Part shown: positions 1 through 10,016 of the stretch, piece after piece | How the letters are laid out: each line of letters starts with the position of its first letter | Position numbering within the stretch: position 1 is the first letter of the stretch | Virus record (IMG/VR): IMGVR_UViG_3300005076_000001 | Location: 23,361 to 87,360 of that record | DNA: 64,000 bases | From: a virus | Lineage: Duplodnaviria > Heunggongvirae > Uroviricota > Caudoviricetes | Strand: one strand, 5' to 3' | The notes under the pieces: generated by a model | The model's input: the letters and a program-made list of their open reading frames with translations, nothing else | The model's database searches: none | What the model was told of the DNA's origin: nothing | Made by a program: the position numbers and the translations under genes

Positions 1-3
1 GAC

Positions 4-540
4 TTGGCCTTTGGTTTGCCTAGTGAGGTTAATAGGAATCCCGATTACTCCGCCTCGTGTCTTATGGGACGAGGTAAATCAGGTAAGTATTATATCGCAC
101 ATGCTGAGAAGTTTCGAGGACTTGTTCACGATGTAACTCAAAAAATCATCAAGACGGCACACGAAGACGGTGATGACGTTGCTCTGCAAATCCCAAAAGA
201 CCCCGGTGGCGGTGGTAGATACATGCATGATGATATGAAACGTCGTCTGGCAGAGGAAGGGGTTTACGCGCACACAGAGGTTATCTCTGGGTGGAGTAGT
301 AAGGTACAGCGTTATATGCCTTTCTGTGCGATGGTGGATTTGGGTATGGTGCATGTTGTTCGTGGCAGTTGGAATGATGACTGGTTACAGGAGAATTTAC
401 ATTTCACAGGTGATAGGAATAAGAAGGATGACTTGTGTGACTGCACTGCATCTGCATTTAAGTTTCTCTCTAAACGTGCGACATTGCCAGTTTTTGAATT
501 CGCAGATATGAGTAGAGCATCAAATATTCCATCTCTGTAA
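4..540 (+). CDS. terminase large subunit, C-terminal nuclease domain (5' end cut by window edge)
   Basis: ORF open to window start; terminase-type C-terminal motifs (KDPGGGG, DDLCDCTASAF); sits immediately upstream of portal gene. Confidence 0.55.
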   Translation: MAFGLPSEVNRNPDYSASCLMGRGKSGKYYIAHAEKFRGLVHDVTQKIIKTAHEDGDDVALQIPKDPGGGGRYMHDDMKRRLAEEGVYAHTEVISGWSSKVQRYMPFCAMVDLGMVHVVRGSWNDDWLQENLHFTGDRNKKDDLCDCTASAFKFLSKRATLPVFEFADMSRASNIPSL

Positions 541-559
541 TGTTTTACATTACACCCTA

Positions 560-587
560 TTGACATTAATACATTTCATGTTATAAT
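560..587 (+). promoter_or_regulatory. sigma70-type promoter TTGACA-N16-TGtTATAAT upstream of portal
   Basis: -35 TTGACA 560-565; extended -10 TGtTATAAT 579-587; same architecture as promoters at 9490 and 14243. Confidence 0.45.
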
Positions 588-604
588 GTTATTATTAAGC
601 AATG

Positions 605-636
605 GAAGAAGCACTTAAAAATAAGTGCTCCTCTTC
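605..636 (+). promoter_or_regulatory. 5' UTR hairpin before portal RBS
   Basis: GCACTTA/TAAGTGC 7-bp stem plus GAAGA/TCTTC extension, AAAA loop, directly upstream of AAGGAGAA RBS. Confidence 0.3.
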
Positions 637-651
637 TTACAAGGAGAACAA

Positions 652-2118
652 ATGGCTGAATTAAATGAAGCCGCTCTTTCTCCCGACGACAATGTAATTC
701 CCCGAATTCGATTTTCAGATGTTGGTGTATTAGGGCTTAAAATTGCAGGTGATAGTGTTGTTGAGGAAGCTAGTCGTAAAATGCGCTTCCCTGAATTCTA
801 TCGCATTGTAGATGAAATGAAAAAAGATGCCACAATTGCAACAGGCACTAATTTCATTCGCACAATGATTAGCGATGCTGAATGGCACGTTAAATGCAAC
901 CCTAATTATTCTGATAAAGCTAAAGAGCGTTCTAAATTCCTCATGCAATGCATGAACGATATGGAACATTCTTGGGCTTCATTCATTTCGGAAGTTACAT
1001 CCTATCATGAATATGGATATGCAATCCATGAGAAAGCATTCCGCTATCGTCTTAAGCGAAACGGTAGTAAATATAATGATGGGCTTGTCGGATTAAAGAG
1101 CCTCAACCCTAGAGCACAATCCACCATCATCAAACATCATTTTGATGAGACAGGTAGTAAGCTTGTAGCTGTTACACAATCTACAGCCAACTCCTCTACC
1201 AACCTTCTTAGCGATAAGCTTAAAGAGAGTGAAATTAAGATTCCTCGTGAACGCTTTCTTCTCTTTACATGCGACAGCCGACTAAACAACCCTCTTGGCA
1301 ATTCTCCTCTCAAATCCATCTATCTAGCTTGGCAAACACGTCGCTCTATTGAAGAGCAAGAGCTTGTTGCCTTGGCTCGTGATTTGAATGGTATTCCGTA
1401 TGTTTCTGTGCCTGCTGCCATTATGTCAGATAATGCTTCTGACGGACAGAAAGCACAATACGAATATGCTAAGAATATGGCTCGTAACCTGCACGCAAAT
1501 AGGCAAGCAGGTATTGTGTTCCCTTCTGACGTTGATGAACAAACGAAGACAAAATACTTCGATATTAAATTGTTGTCAACAGAAAGTGGAAGTACATACG
1601 ACGTAAACAAAATTATTGAGCGTATCAATAACCAAATTCTAACAGCTCTTTCTGCTGACGTTCTCACAATTGGTCAATCTGGTACAGGTTCTTTTAGCCT
1701 TGCAGATAGCAAAGTGAGTTTGACAGAGTTTGCAATTCGTCATCGTCTGAAAGAAATTAAAGACGTTCTCAACCATGACCTCATTCCTGCTTTGTGGAGA
1801 ATGAACGGTTGGGATATGGACGAATTGCCAGAGTTTGATTTTGAAATGCCGGACACCATCACATTGTCTGAATGGGCTAAGGCTGTACAACAGCTTGCTG
1901 CTACATCTAACATTGAGCGTACACGTTCCTTCTTCAACATGGTGAACAAGAAACTTGGTTTGCCTCTTGAAGCCGATGACAAGGAAGTTGATTGGGAAAC
2001 GGTGGTAGTGGATATGGCCTCACGTTCTGGCGATGGTATGGCTGCTGGTATGAATAGTGGAACATCTTCTGGTGCTTCCACTTCTGACAACAGTTCCACC
2101 AACCTAGACAAAGCTTAA
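652..2118 (+). CDS. portal protein
   Basis: ~490 aa ORF between terminase and prohead protease; ATG 652 preceded by AAGGAGAA (ORF track extends upstream to 625). Confidence 0.65.
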   Translation: MAELNEAALSPDDNVIPRIRFSDVGVLGLKIAGDSVVEEASRKMRFPEFYRIVDEMKKDATIATGTNFIRTMISDAEWHVKCNPNYSDKAKERSKFLMQCMNDMEHSWASFISEVTSYHEYGYAIHEKAFRYRLKRNGSKYNDGLVGLKSLNPRAQSTIIKHHFDETGSKLVAVTQSTANSSTNLLSDKLKESEIKIPRERFLLFTCDSRLNNPLGNSPLKSIYLAWQTRRSIEEQELVALARDLNGIPYVSVPAAIMSDNASDGQKAQYEYAKNMARNLHANRQAGIVFPSDVDEQTKTKYFDIKLLSTESGSTYDVNKIIERINNQILTALSADVLTIGQSGTGSFSLADSKVSLTEFAIRHRLKEIKDVLNHDLIPALWRMNGWDMDELPEFDFEMPDTITLSEWAKAVQQLAATSNIERTRSFFNMVNKKLGLPLEADDKEVDWETVVVDMASRSGDGMAAGMNSGTSSGASTSDNSSTNLDKA

Positions 2119-2135
2119 AAGAGAAAAGGAATAGA

Positions 2136-3476
2136 ATGGCACACGAAGCATTCCGAGTAATGCAGAGTTTGTACGACACGCCTCATCTCATCTCTCAAAC
2201 CAGCCTTAATGCGATTGTCTCATATCTTGAAGATCGTGGCAACGGTGTTAGGGCTGAATCTGACGAAGAATCTCCTCGTTCCACATACGGCTACAACCCA
2301 GACACACAGATTGGTATGTTGTCTATTTCTGGTGCTCTGACAAACAAAACTACAGGCATGGAAATGATGTGTGGTGGTGTTAGCTACCAATCACTTGAAG
2401 AGCAAGCTGAAGAGTTGCTTGAAGCTGGTGCTAAGACACTTGTGCAGATGGTTGATAGCGGTGGTGGCGAAGCTTACGGTTGTTTCCAAACAGCCAATCG
2501 TATCCGAGAGATGGCAGATGAATATGGCGCTTCCATCATCAGTTATGTAGATGGGACAGCAGCCTCTGCTGCTTATGGCCTTATTGCCAAGAGTGACAAA
2601 ATCATTCTTAACCCAGATGCAGGTGTTGGAAGTATTGGTGTTGTTATCAAACTGCAAAACGTAGCTAAAGCAAAAGAACAGGCCGGTATTCAAGAGAGTT
2701 TTGTTTACGCTGGTGCTAACAAAATCCCGTATGCAGAAGACGGCTCCTATCGTAAAGAGTTTATTGCTGATTTGCAAGCTCGTGTAGACAAGATGTATGA
2801 ATCCTTTGCTACTCATGTTGCAGAAGGTCGCTCTCTGTCTCTGGAAGCCGTTAAAGCAACAGAAGCAAAAATGTTTATGGCTGATGAAGCTATTTCCCTT
2901 GGCCTAGCAGATGAAGTGATGACTACACACCAGTTTGCTAACGCCCTTGCCGACATGGCGAGTAATGTTAAACAAGAAAGGAAGTCAACAATGTTTGACA
3001 AAATTCTAGGCAAGGCTAAGGCAGAAGATGCTGGCGTCGTAGCCGAACTGGAGGCAAAACTCACCCAGATGGGCGAACAATTCGCTCAAATGGAAGAGCA
3101 ATTTGCTCTGGCAAAACAATCTCTGGAAGCTCATGTAGCTGACGCTGTTGCTCGTGCAGAACAAGCAGAAGCTGTGCTGAAAGCAAAAGAAGAAGCTGAA
3201 CAAGCTAAAGCACAGGCTGCTGAAGAAGCCCGTCTGAGTGCTCGTAAAGAAAAGCTCTCTGCTGCCGTAGGCGATGAGAAAGCTGTTGAAATGTTTGAAG
3301 CTCTGAAGGCCCTGCCGGATGCTGCTTTTGACAGTGTTGTTGATTCTATGTCGGCTGCTGTTGACCAGAAAAACGCACAAATGGATGAAATTGGCTTCAC
3401 TGTAGAACAAGCCTCTACCACACCTGATGTACCACACTTCTCTCAATATCTGAAAATTAAGAAAGAGGATAAGTAA
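2136..3476 (+). CDS. prohead serine protease (S49/ClpP-like) fused to Ala/Glu/Lys-rich coiled-coil scaffold domain
   Basis: Protease core YVDGTAASAAYGLIAKSD...GVGSIGVV resembles S49/ClpP active-site region; C-terminal 150 aa low-complexity AEAK coiled coil typical of scaffolds; lambda C/Nu3 position. Confidence 0.65.
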   Translation: MAHEAFRVMQSLYDTPHLISQTSLNAIVSYLEDRGNGVRAESDEESPRSTYGYNPDTQIGMLSISGALTNKTTGMEMMCGGVSYQSLEEQAEELLEAGAKTLVQMVDSGGGEAYGCFQTANRIREMADEYGASIISYVDGTAASAAYGLIAKSDKIILNPDAGVGSIGVVIKLQNVAKAKEQAGIQESFVYAGANKIPYAEDGSYRKEFIADLQARVDKMYESFATHVAEGRSLSLEAVKATEAKMFMADEAISLGLADEVMTTHQFANALADMASNVKQERKSTMFDKILGKAKAEDAGVVAELEAKLTQMGEQFAQMEEQFALAKQSLEAHVADAVARAEQAEAVLKAKEEAEQAKAQAAEEARLSARKEKLSAAVGDEKAVEMFEALKALPDAAFDSVVDSMSAAVDQKNAQMDEIGFTVEQASTTPDVPHFSQYLKIKKEDK

Positions 3477-3478
3477 TT

Positions 3479-3877
3479 ATGACTAAACTCGCTACTCGTG
3501 GCGCTAAACTGACTGGCGTTCTGGCATGGGAATTTGAGCCGGAGGTTGGCTACAGCCGCTCCACCGCTACCGTAACTGTTGAAGCAGGTATGGACGTAGG
3601 TGCTGTGGTTGTTCTGGCATCTGGTAAATACAAATGGGTTGCTGCTGCTGATGTTGCAACTCTGGCTGCCGATGTTCGCGTTGTTATTGACCCGACCATC
3701 ACCGACGTAGGCACTGGCGATAAGTCGCTGACCCTGCTGGGTAACGAACTGGCTGTTGCTCCTGCAATGGTTACTCGTGCTGGTCTGAAATTCAAAGACG
3801 CTCTGTCTGCCGGTCAAATCGACACTGTTATCACTAAACTGAACGCAAAAGGCATTCGTGCCGTAGCACGAGTGTAA
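3479..3877 (+). CDS. head decoration protein (lambda gpD-like)
   Basis: 132 aa between scaffold and major capsid gene; VLAWEFE...GAVVVLASG similar to gpD core; highly-expressed-gene codon usage. Confidence 0.5.
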   Translation: MTKLATRGAKLTGVLAWEFEPEVGYSRSTATVTVEAGMDVGAVVVLASGKYKWVAAADVATLAADVRVVIDPTITDVGTGDKSLTLLGNELAVAPAMVTRAGLKFKDALSAGQIDTVITKLNAKGIRAVARV

Positions 3878-4611
3878 TGTCCCGTAGTATTGTCTATTGG
3901 GCGCATCTTCCACAGCACACCGATATAACAAAAGAAGGCTATGTTGGTGTGTCTAGGAAGAACCTCTCTAAAAGAGAGCAACAACACAGGCGAGTCTCTG
4001 TAAAAGGCAATAATGTCTTCCATAAAGCCATTAGAAAATACAGAGAAGATATAGTCTTTGATGTTGTTGTCATTGCCTCTTTTGATATTTGCTTGAAGAT
4101 CGAAGCTGCATTACGTCCTGATATTTTCATAGGTTGGAATATGGCAAAGGGAGGCGGTTCTTCTCTACAACCTGTCAACAAGGCACCGTTAAGTCCTGAG
4201 ACAAAGAAGAAAATCTCCGAAGATCACAAAGCAAACGCACAGTTTTATGCCGACCAAGCAAGGCGTGTTCACACAGGAAGAAAACGGAGTGACGAAACTA
4301 AGAGGAAAATTTCATCCTCTTTGACTGGACGCACTTTGAGCGATAACACCAGAAAACTTATATCTGAGAACCGCACACCTCCTAAGAAATGGGAGCACCC
4401 TAACTCTGATATAAAGATGTGGGCTGTTGCCGATGAGCTGTTTGCTTTATGGGTAAACAATGACAAGTGCGGGAGGCAAAGGCTTGCAGAACTCTTCGGA
4501 GTCGGTAAGTACGCAGTTACAGCTATTCAAAAGTGCTTTAGAGAGGGATGGAACCCCTTAGATGATTCCGACTGGCAACACTTCAAATCAAATTACAAGG
4601 AAATAAAATGA
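3877..4611 (+). CDS. GIY-YIG homing endonuclease with three NUMOD3 repeats and C-terminal HTH
   Basis: N-terminal IVYWAHL...GYVGVS...R...H...N GIY-YIG motifs; NUMOD3-like TKKKISEDHK, TKRKISSSLTGR, TRKLISENR; start and stop overlap flanking capsid-module genes; AGA/AGG/ATA codon usage unlike neighbours. Confidence 0.8.
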   Translation: MSRSIVYWAHLPQHTDITKEGYVGVSRKNLSKREQQHRRVSVKGNNVFHKAIRKYREDIVFDVVVIASFDICLKIEAALRPDIFIGWNMAKGGGSSLQPVNKAPLSPETKKKISEDHKANAQFYADQARRVHTGRKRSDETKRKISSSLTGRTLSDNTRKLISENRTPPKKWEHPNSDIKMWAVADELFALWVNNDKCGRQRLAELFGVGKYAVTAIQKCFREGWNPLDDSDWQHFKSNYKEIK

Positions 4612-5648
4612 ATATTCGCTCCTACCTCAACTCTTTTAAAACTGACGAATTTACCGATCAAATCAACCGCGTTGAAAACCAATATGGTTACATCAACTCG
4701 CGTGACTACTTCGGCAATCTGCGTTCCACTGGCTCCACCTCTATTGTTTTCGATGTAAACAAGCACAATATCACCCTGCTGCCGCAAGTGAATCGTGGCG
4801 ATCATTCGTTTACTGACGGTAAAGAACGTGATGTTGAAACTTTCGCTCTGAAACTGGCCTACTTCAAACACCATGATCGTCTGACTAACGAAGACATTCA
4901 AGATTGGCGTCAGCCTGGTAGCATGGATGAAGAAACCTACGCTCGTGCATTTGCTGAAAAAGTAACTGACATGCGTATGGCTGCTGACCAGACCCGTGAA
5001 TACATGAAACTGCAAGCTTTCAAGGGCGTGTTCAAAACCCCTGATGGTAAAGTTGTTGCTGATATGTTCAACGAGTTCGGCGTTACTCAGAAAACTGTAG
5101 ACTTCGCTCTGGGTACTGCTTCCACTAACGTAGACAGCAAAATCCAAGAACTGAAACGCTATATCGCTTCCAACATCAAGCAAGGTGGTAGCATCAACGG
5201 TGTTGAAGTGCTGGTTGACCCATCCTTCTACGACAAGCTGATTTCCCATCCGAACATCAAAGCTGCTTACCAATACTACCTGAACTCTGGTGCTCAACGT
5301 CTGCGTGACGACCTGTCGCAATACATGAGCTGGGGTGTAATGGACTTCTTTGAGCATCGTGGTGTTCGCTTTATCTCCTACGACTCCACCTTCAACCTGC
5401 CGAACGGCACCACTGAAGTTGGTATTGCTACCGATAACGGTCATGCCTACGGTCTGGGTACTCGTGACCTGTTCCGTCAGTATGCTGGCCCATCCAACAA
5501 ACTGTCTGCTGCTAACCAACCTGGTCAAGAGATGTTTGTTCGCACCTATCTGGATGAGCGTGATGAGTATGTAGATTTCGAGCTGGAAATGGCTCCGCTG
5601 TACTTCTGCACCCAACCTGCTTCTCTAGTGAAATTGACAACAAACTAA
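4608..5648 (+). CDS. major capsid protein (lambda gpE-like, HK97 fold)
   Basis: 346 aa; position after decoration gene; lambda E-like length and sequence character; strongly biased codon usage. Confidence 0.75.
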   Translation: MNIRSYLNSFKTDEFTDQINRVENQYGYINSRDYFGNLRSTGSTSIVFDVNKHNITLLPQVNRGDHSFTDGKERDVETFALKLAYFKHHDRLTNEDIQDWRQPGSMDEETYARAFAEKVTDMRMAADQTREYMKLQAFKGVFKTPDGKVVADMFNEFGVTQKTVDFALGTASTNVDSKIQELKRYIASNIKQGGSINGVEVLVDPSFYDKLISHPNIKAAYQYYLNSGAQRLRDDLSQYMSWGVMDFFEHRGVRFISYDSTFNLPNGTTEVGIATDNGHAYGLGTRDLFRQYAGPSNKLSAANQPGQEMFVRTYLDERDEYVDFELEMAPLYFCTQPASLVKLTTN

Positions 5649-5747
5649 GCAATAAAACAACAAGCAGCCTGTGTTCGCATGGGTTGCTGTTTTCTGCTAC
5701 AAAATGTCTCTTCTTCTTTCGAGGAGATATTCTATAGGAGAATTTAC

Positions 5748-6170
5748 ATGGCTTTAGATTTTACAAAAGCCGTTGACAGAGTGAGGTTGAAGGTTGGCGA
5801 TACCAATGAGCTTCAAATCTTCCCTGACACTCTTTATCAGGCTGTTCTAGATAAGAACAATGCTGACGAAGCTGCAACGGCACTTGAAATGGCTCAATAT
5901 ATTCTTGGGTATATTAGTCAACATGGCTTCAGGGAACGTAGTGGAGCTTATGAAGTTTATGGGCGCGAGTGGCTGCAAAGCTACATGGATTTCCTTAAAA
6001 CATTCCTCTTGTCTAGTGGTACAGCTGCTGCTTTGAATGCCAAGATTTACGCTGGTGGTATTAGTATTTCTGACATGGAACAGAATGACCTAAACCCAGA
6101 TAACAACATTGTCCCAACAACAGATTTTGATGAAATGTTTGAGACGTATAATGGCAATCTTCGTTTCTAA
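5748..6170 (+). CDS. head completion / head-tail adaptor candidate
   Basis: 141 aa ORF from ATG 5748 with AGGAGAA RBS, directly downstream of capsid gene. Confidence 0.35.
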   Translation: MALDFTKAVDRVRLKVGDTNELQIFPDTLYQAVLDKNNADEAATALEMAQYILGYISQHGFRERSGAYEVYGREWLQSYMDFLKTFLLSSGTAAALNAKIYAGGISISDMEQNDLNPDNNIVPTTDFDEMFETYNGNLRF

Positions 6171-6618
6171 AGTTAAAATCGACACAAAGGGTTTGGATAA
6201 GCTTGTAAAGCGTGTTGAAGAAATCAAGAAAGCACAGCTTGATGTTGGTTATTTTGATGACATTCATCAAGCCTCTGGCCTTCCTGTTGCAGCCATTGCA
6301 GCAATGAACAATGAGGGTGTTCCAGAGAACAGTACACCTGCTCGTCCATTCGTAACAGAATCTCTCATTATGTCGTTTGAAAATAAAGCAGCAATGCGTC
6401 CTGTACGTTCTTTGCTTGACATTAAGATTCCTCTGAAGCTTACGTTGAGCCGTATTGGTGGACAAGCTGTAGAGCTTTTCAAATGGAACATTTACAATGG
6501 TGCATGGGTTGATAACGCTCCATACACTATTAGCTTGAAAGGCGTCAACTCTCCTCTTGTTGATACGGGAGAAATGGCTGACCTAACACTTTATCGCATT
6601 ACAACCCCATTTGCCTAA
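6151..6618 (+). CDS. structural hypothetical protein (neck/head-tail joining candidate)
   Basis: ATG 6151 overlaps previous stop by 20 nt; operon context. Confidence 0.35.
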   Translation: MAIFVSKVKIDTKGLDKLVKRVEEIKKAQLDVGYFDDIHQASGLPVAAIAAMNNEGVPENSTPARPFVTESLIMSFENKAAMRPVRSLLDIKIPLKLTLSRIGGQAVELFKWNIYNGAWVDNAPYTISLKGVNSPLVDTGEMADLTLYRITTPFA

Positions 6619-6636
6619 AGGCAGAAAGGAAATAAA

Positions 6637-6996
6637 ATGTCCTCTGCTCTTTTCCGTCTTGTTGGGTATGTTGATGTTACATTAAAGCGAAGAGGATTGC
6701 CTACAATTGTAAAAGGTAAGCCTGTTCCTGCAACAGCTACAGATGTTCCGATTAAAGCAAACATTCAACCTGTTGGATATGCAGAGCTAATGCAGCTTCC
6801 TGAAGGTGATAGAAGTAAACAGCTTATCATGCTTATGTCCACATTTGAAATTCGTGACATGAAAGAAGGAAGCTGGGAAGCTGATGAGTTTGAGTGGGAA
6901 GGTGATATGTATGTTGTTCTGAAAAGTCGTCATTATTCGATGCGTGTACGTAACCATTATCAAGCTATTTGTGCTAGAAAGCAAATGGTGAAATAA
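6637..6996 (+). CDS. structural hypothetical protein
   Basis: 119 aa ORF with RBS AAAGGAAA; structural operon. Confidence 0.35.
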   Translation: MSSALFRLVGYVDVTLKRRGLPTIVKGKPVPATATDVPIKANIQPVGYAELMQLPEGDRSKQLIMLMSTFEIRDMKEGSWEADEFEWEGDMYVVLKSRHYSMRVRNHYQAICARKQMVK

Positions 6997-7538
6997 TGAG
7001 CACAGCTTACACAACACTTGAAGACAAGCTGTATGACGCTTTGTATGTTGCAATGGGTAACAATGCGTCCATCCCAATCATTTACGCAAACAGAAACATT
7101 CCAGAGCCAGCAGGAACACACATTGCCATTCGTTCCATCCATCGTAATCCAATGGGGAGAGCACAAAAGTCTTCTCGTGTAGACACAGACGGTAATCTTG
7201 TCAGTGTACAGCATTACGAGTGGTATGTGCAGTTCACAGTTGTTGGTGATGACAGTGGTAATGTCAGTATGGATTTAGCCTCCATCTTCGACAGTGAAGA
7301 AGGGTTGTATCAGTTTGCAAAACAAGGATTATCCTACCTTCGTCGTTCACATATTCGTGATGTTCCAAAAAGCAGGGAAGATGGAAGTTATGTCCTTGCC
7401 TGCAACCAAGATGTTTTCTTCGGAATTGCTCTAGAGATTAAGACAGCTTCGCCTTCAATTAATTACATCAACTACACATCCTCGTATCCATCTTCACAAC
7501 AAGGCGGAAGTACATGGTTGCCATCCACCCCTCCGTAA
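6996..7538 (+). CDS. structural hypothetical protein (tail terminator/neck candidate)
   Basis: 180 aa, ATGA overlap with previous gene; immediately precedes sheath. Confidence 0.35.
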   Translation: MSTAYTTLEDKLYDALYVAMGNNASIPIIYANRNIPEPAGTHIAIRSIHRNPMGRAQKSSRVDTDGNLVSVQHYEWYVQFTVVGDDSGNVSMDLASIFDSEEGLYQFAKQGLSYLRRSHIRDVPKSREDGSYVLACNQDVFFGIALEIKTASPSINYINYTSSYPSSQQGGSTWLPSTPP

Positions 7539-7551
7539 CAAAGGAAATTAA

Positions 7552-8841
7552 ATGAGTAAGGTTTCGGATTTTATCAATATTCAAATTAGCCGTCAAACAC
7601 AATCTGTTTCTCGTGCTAGTTTCTCTGTGCCGATGTATCTGGCTGAACATGCTGGCTTTGCAGATCGTGCTCGCACATTCTCTAGCCTTGACGGTGTAGC
7701 AGAACTGTTTGACAGTGCTTCTCCTGTGTACAAAGCTGCTGAGAAGATGTTTGGTCAAGAGCTTGTTCCACAATCCATTATTATTGGTCGTAAAGCTGTT
7801 GCTGGTGGCACTATCAGTGTGTCTAGTGTTCTAGCCTCCTACACCTACAAACTCACTGTGAATGGTCAAACCATCACCTTCACATCTGATAGCACCCCTA
7901 CTGCAACTGAAATTGTTACTGGCCTGAAAGCTGCTTTCGATGCTGCTACTCCTGCTATTGTTGGTGTAACAGCCACCATCTCTGGCACTACTCTTGTTCT
8001 AGCTGCTTCCGGTGATTGGAGCGTTAAAGCTGGCACCAATCTGTCTCTGGTGTACGATGCATCCACTGAAACTTGGGTTGACGCCCTGAATGCTGTAGCT
8101 GCTGTTAATAGCAATTGGTATGTCTTTGCTGCTAACACTCACGCTAAAGCCGATCAGCTTGCGCTGGCTGCTGCAATTGAAGCACGCAAACAACTCTACT
8201 TCACTTCGACTGCCGATAGCACAGCTAAAGCCACTACCGTAACAGACGTAGGTCAAGCCCTGAAAGACCTCGGCTATGATCGTACACTGGTTATGTGGTC
8301 TGCTGTTGCTGCCACAGAAGAGCCTGAAGTTGCTGTTATGGCTAAGTTTAGTCAATACACCCCCGGCTCTGCAACCCTGATGTACAAGCAATTTGCTGGC
8401 GTCACTGTACAAGCTTTGACCGACAACGAAGTGGCTAACCTGAAAGCTAAGAACTACAACGTATACGAAACTGTTGGTGGCGTAGCGATGTTCTCTGATG
8501 GCGTCATGGCAAGTGGGGAATTTTGTGACACCATGTTCGTCAGTGACTGGTGCGAAGCGCGTATCCGCGAACGTGTATTCTTCAAGCTGGTGAATCTGTT
8601 GAAGCTTGGTTATACACGCGCTGGTGCTGCCATCATCGAGAATGAAATTCGTGCTGTGTTCACAGAAGGTGTTAGCTCTGGTGCATTTAGTCCTGATGTT
8701 CCTGCCATTATCTCCGTACCTGACCCTGTAACCGTTGACCCCAACCTGCGTGCTCAACGTAAACTGGAAGGTATTACGTTTGAATTCCGCCTTGGAAGTG
8801 CGGTGCATCGTGTTGGGATTAAAGGAATTTTGACCGTTTAA
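7552..8841 (+). CDS. tail sheath protein candidate
   Basis: 429 aa protein followed by 174 aa tube-like protein, chaperones, tape measure and Mu-type baseplate genes. Confidence 0.5.
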   Translation: MSKVSDFINIQISRQTQSVSRASFSVPMYLAEHAGFADRARTFSSLDGVAELFDSASPVYKAAEKMFGQELVPQSIIIGRKAVAGGTISVSSVLASYTYKLTVNGQTITFTSDSTPTATEIVTGLKAAFDAATPAIVGVTATISGTTLVLAASGDWSVKAGTNLSLVYDASTETWVDALNAVAAVNSNWYVFAANTHAKADQLALAAAIEARKQLYFTSTADSTAKATTVTDVGQALKDLGYDRTLVMWSAVAATEEPEVAVMAKFSQYTPGSATLMYKQFAGVTVQALTDNEVANLKAKNYNVYETVGGVAMFSDGVMASGEFCDTMFVSDWCEARIRERVFFKLVNLLKLGYTRAGAAIIENEIRAVFTEGVSSGAFSPDVPAIISVPDPVTVDPNLRAQRKLEGITFEFRLGSAVHRVGIKGILTV

Positions 8842-8853
8842 TAGGAGAATAGT

Positions 8854-9378
8854 ATGGCAACTCAAACACTGGCTACATTGGCCCCTGAGGATATTAAGGT
8901 AGTGGTTTCAACCGACACTTTCACCCACATCATCTCTGGTTATTCCGAAGATGCTATGGTGAGTATTGCTCGTAATAGTCCTACTTTTGAGATTTTTGTC
9001 TCGGCTGACAATCAACCGACTCGTGTTTACAAGAGCAACACTTCTGCCACTGTAACACTGACACTGAATCAAACTTCCGTGTCTAACGATGTTCTGTCTC
9101 AGCTTTACATCAACGACAAGAACAGCCGTAACAGCACTGGTTTGTTCCAGATTCAAATCTTGGATATGTCCGGTCGCAGCCGTTACACCTCTGGTCAAGC
9201 CTTCATCGCTGTTGTTCCTGACAGTGCATTTTCCAACTCGATTCAAACCCGTGATTGGCAAATCTTCTGCAACGACATGGAAACAATCATCGGTGGTAAT
9301 GCTCTGATTGGTGATGATGATGCTAACACACTGGCAACGCTTGGTGCAACTGTAGAAGCTAAATGGCGTAGCAACTAA
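8854..9378 (+). CDS. tail tube protein candidate
   Basis: 174 aa, directly after sheath candidate, followed by strong terminator. Confidence 0.5.
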   Translation: MATQTLATLAPEDIKVVVSTDTFTHIISGYSEDAMVSIARNSPTFEIFVSADNQPTRVYKSNTSATVTLTLNQTSVSNDVLSQLYINDKNSRNSTGLFQIQILDMSGRSRYTSGQAFIAVVPDSAFSNSIQTRDWQIFCNDMETIIGGNALIGDDDANTLATLGATVEAKWRSN

Positions 9379-9400
9379 CGTTTGAATAAATCAAACAGGG

Positions 9401-9430
9401 AGGGACATACAGAAATGTATGTCTCTTTTT
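9401..9430 (+). terminator. rho-independent terminator after tube gene
   Basis: AGGGACATACA-gaaa-TGTATGTCTCT stem-loop followed by TTTTCTTTT; same hairpin family as 45225 and 58421. Confidence 0.6.
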
Positions 9431-9489
9431 CTTTTATATTGTAAACACGTTCACACATGTTTGTGCTGTTGAGAAGAGCACATTTGCTC

Positions 9490-9517
9490 TTGACTTTAAG
9501 CGTGTTTATGCTATAAT
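9490..9517 (+). promoter_or_regulatory. sigma70 promoter TTGACT-N16-TGcTATAAT
   Basis: -35 9490-9495; extended -10 9509-9517; 22 nt upstream of ATG 9540. Confidence 0.55.
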
Positions 9518-9539
9518 TGAAATATAAGAAAGGGAATAC

Positions 9540-10016
9540 ATGGTTTACACATATTCCGCAGAAGACGTTGTTGTTCTTATTGGTGGCATGGCTGTAGAAG
9601 GAATTGACACATCTTCCTTCGTTACTGTAACAGCTTCGCAACCTGTATTTAAGACAAAACGCTCTGCTTCCGGCACTATCTCCCGCACTCTCGTAAAGAA
9701 TCAACAATACACTCTCAAGCTACGTCTTGTTCAAACATCTGAATTCAACGATAAATTGTGGATGTTGCTGACAACAGATCGCTATCTTGGCGATGCTATT
9801 TTCCCTCTGTTCATTAAAGACTTCTCTTCTGGTACAGCACTGATTGCAGGTCAAGCTTGGATTTGTGACTTCCCAGAGATTGTCTATTCTGATGGTGTGG
9901 AAATTCGTGAGTGGACAATTGACTTCACATCTGAATCCATCGCTATTTCTGGTGGTACAGATGGCGAGAGCTTCCTTGAAACAGCAATTAAATTGTTCTC
10001 GTCTGGAGTGATTTGA
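9540..10016 (+). CDS. tail protein, unknown role
   Basis: 158 aa, RBS AAGAAAGGGAA; between tube and chaperone genes. Confidence 0.4.
   Translation: MVYTYSAEDVVVLIGGMAVEGIDTSSFVTVTASQPVFKTKRSASGTISRTLVKNQQYTLKLRLVQTSEFNDKLWMLLTTDRYLGDAIFPLFIKDFSSGTALIAGQAWICDFPEIVYSDGVEIREWTIDFTSESIAISGGTDGESFLETAIKLFSSGVI

Noticed and set aside
625-651. Upstream extension of portal ORF (track start 625)
   Set aside because: No RBS; ATG 652 is preceded by AAGGAGAA and by promoter and hairpin.
4593-5615. 340 aa antisense ORF across the major capsid gene, and similar long antisense ORFs (7999-8865, 12440-13006, 24469-25128, 31746-32675, 34652-35461, 42278-43048, 46644-47216)
   Set aside because: Shadow ORFs opposite confidently identified genes; no RBS; low-complexity translations.
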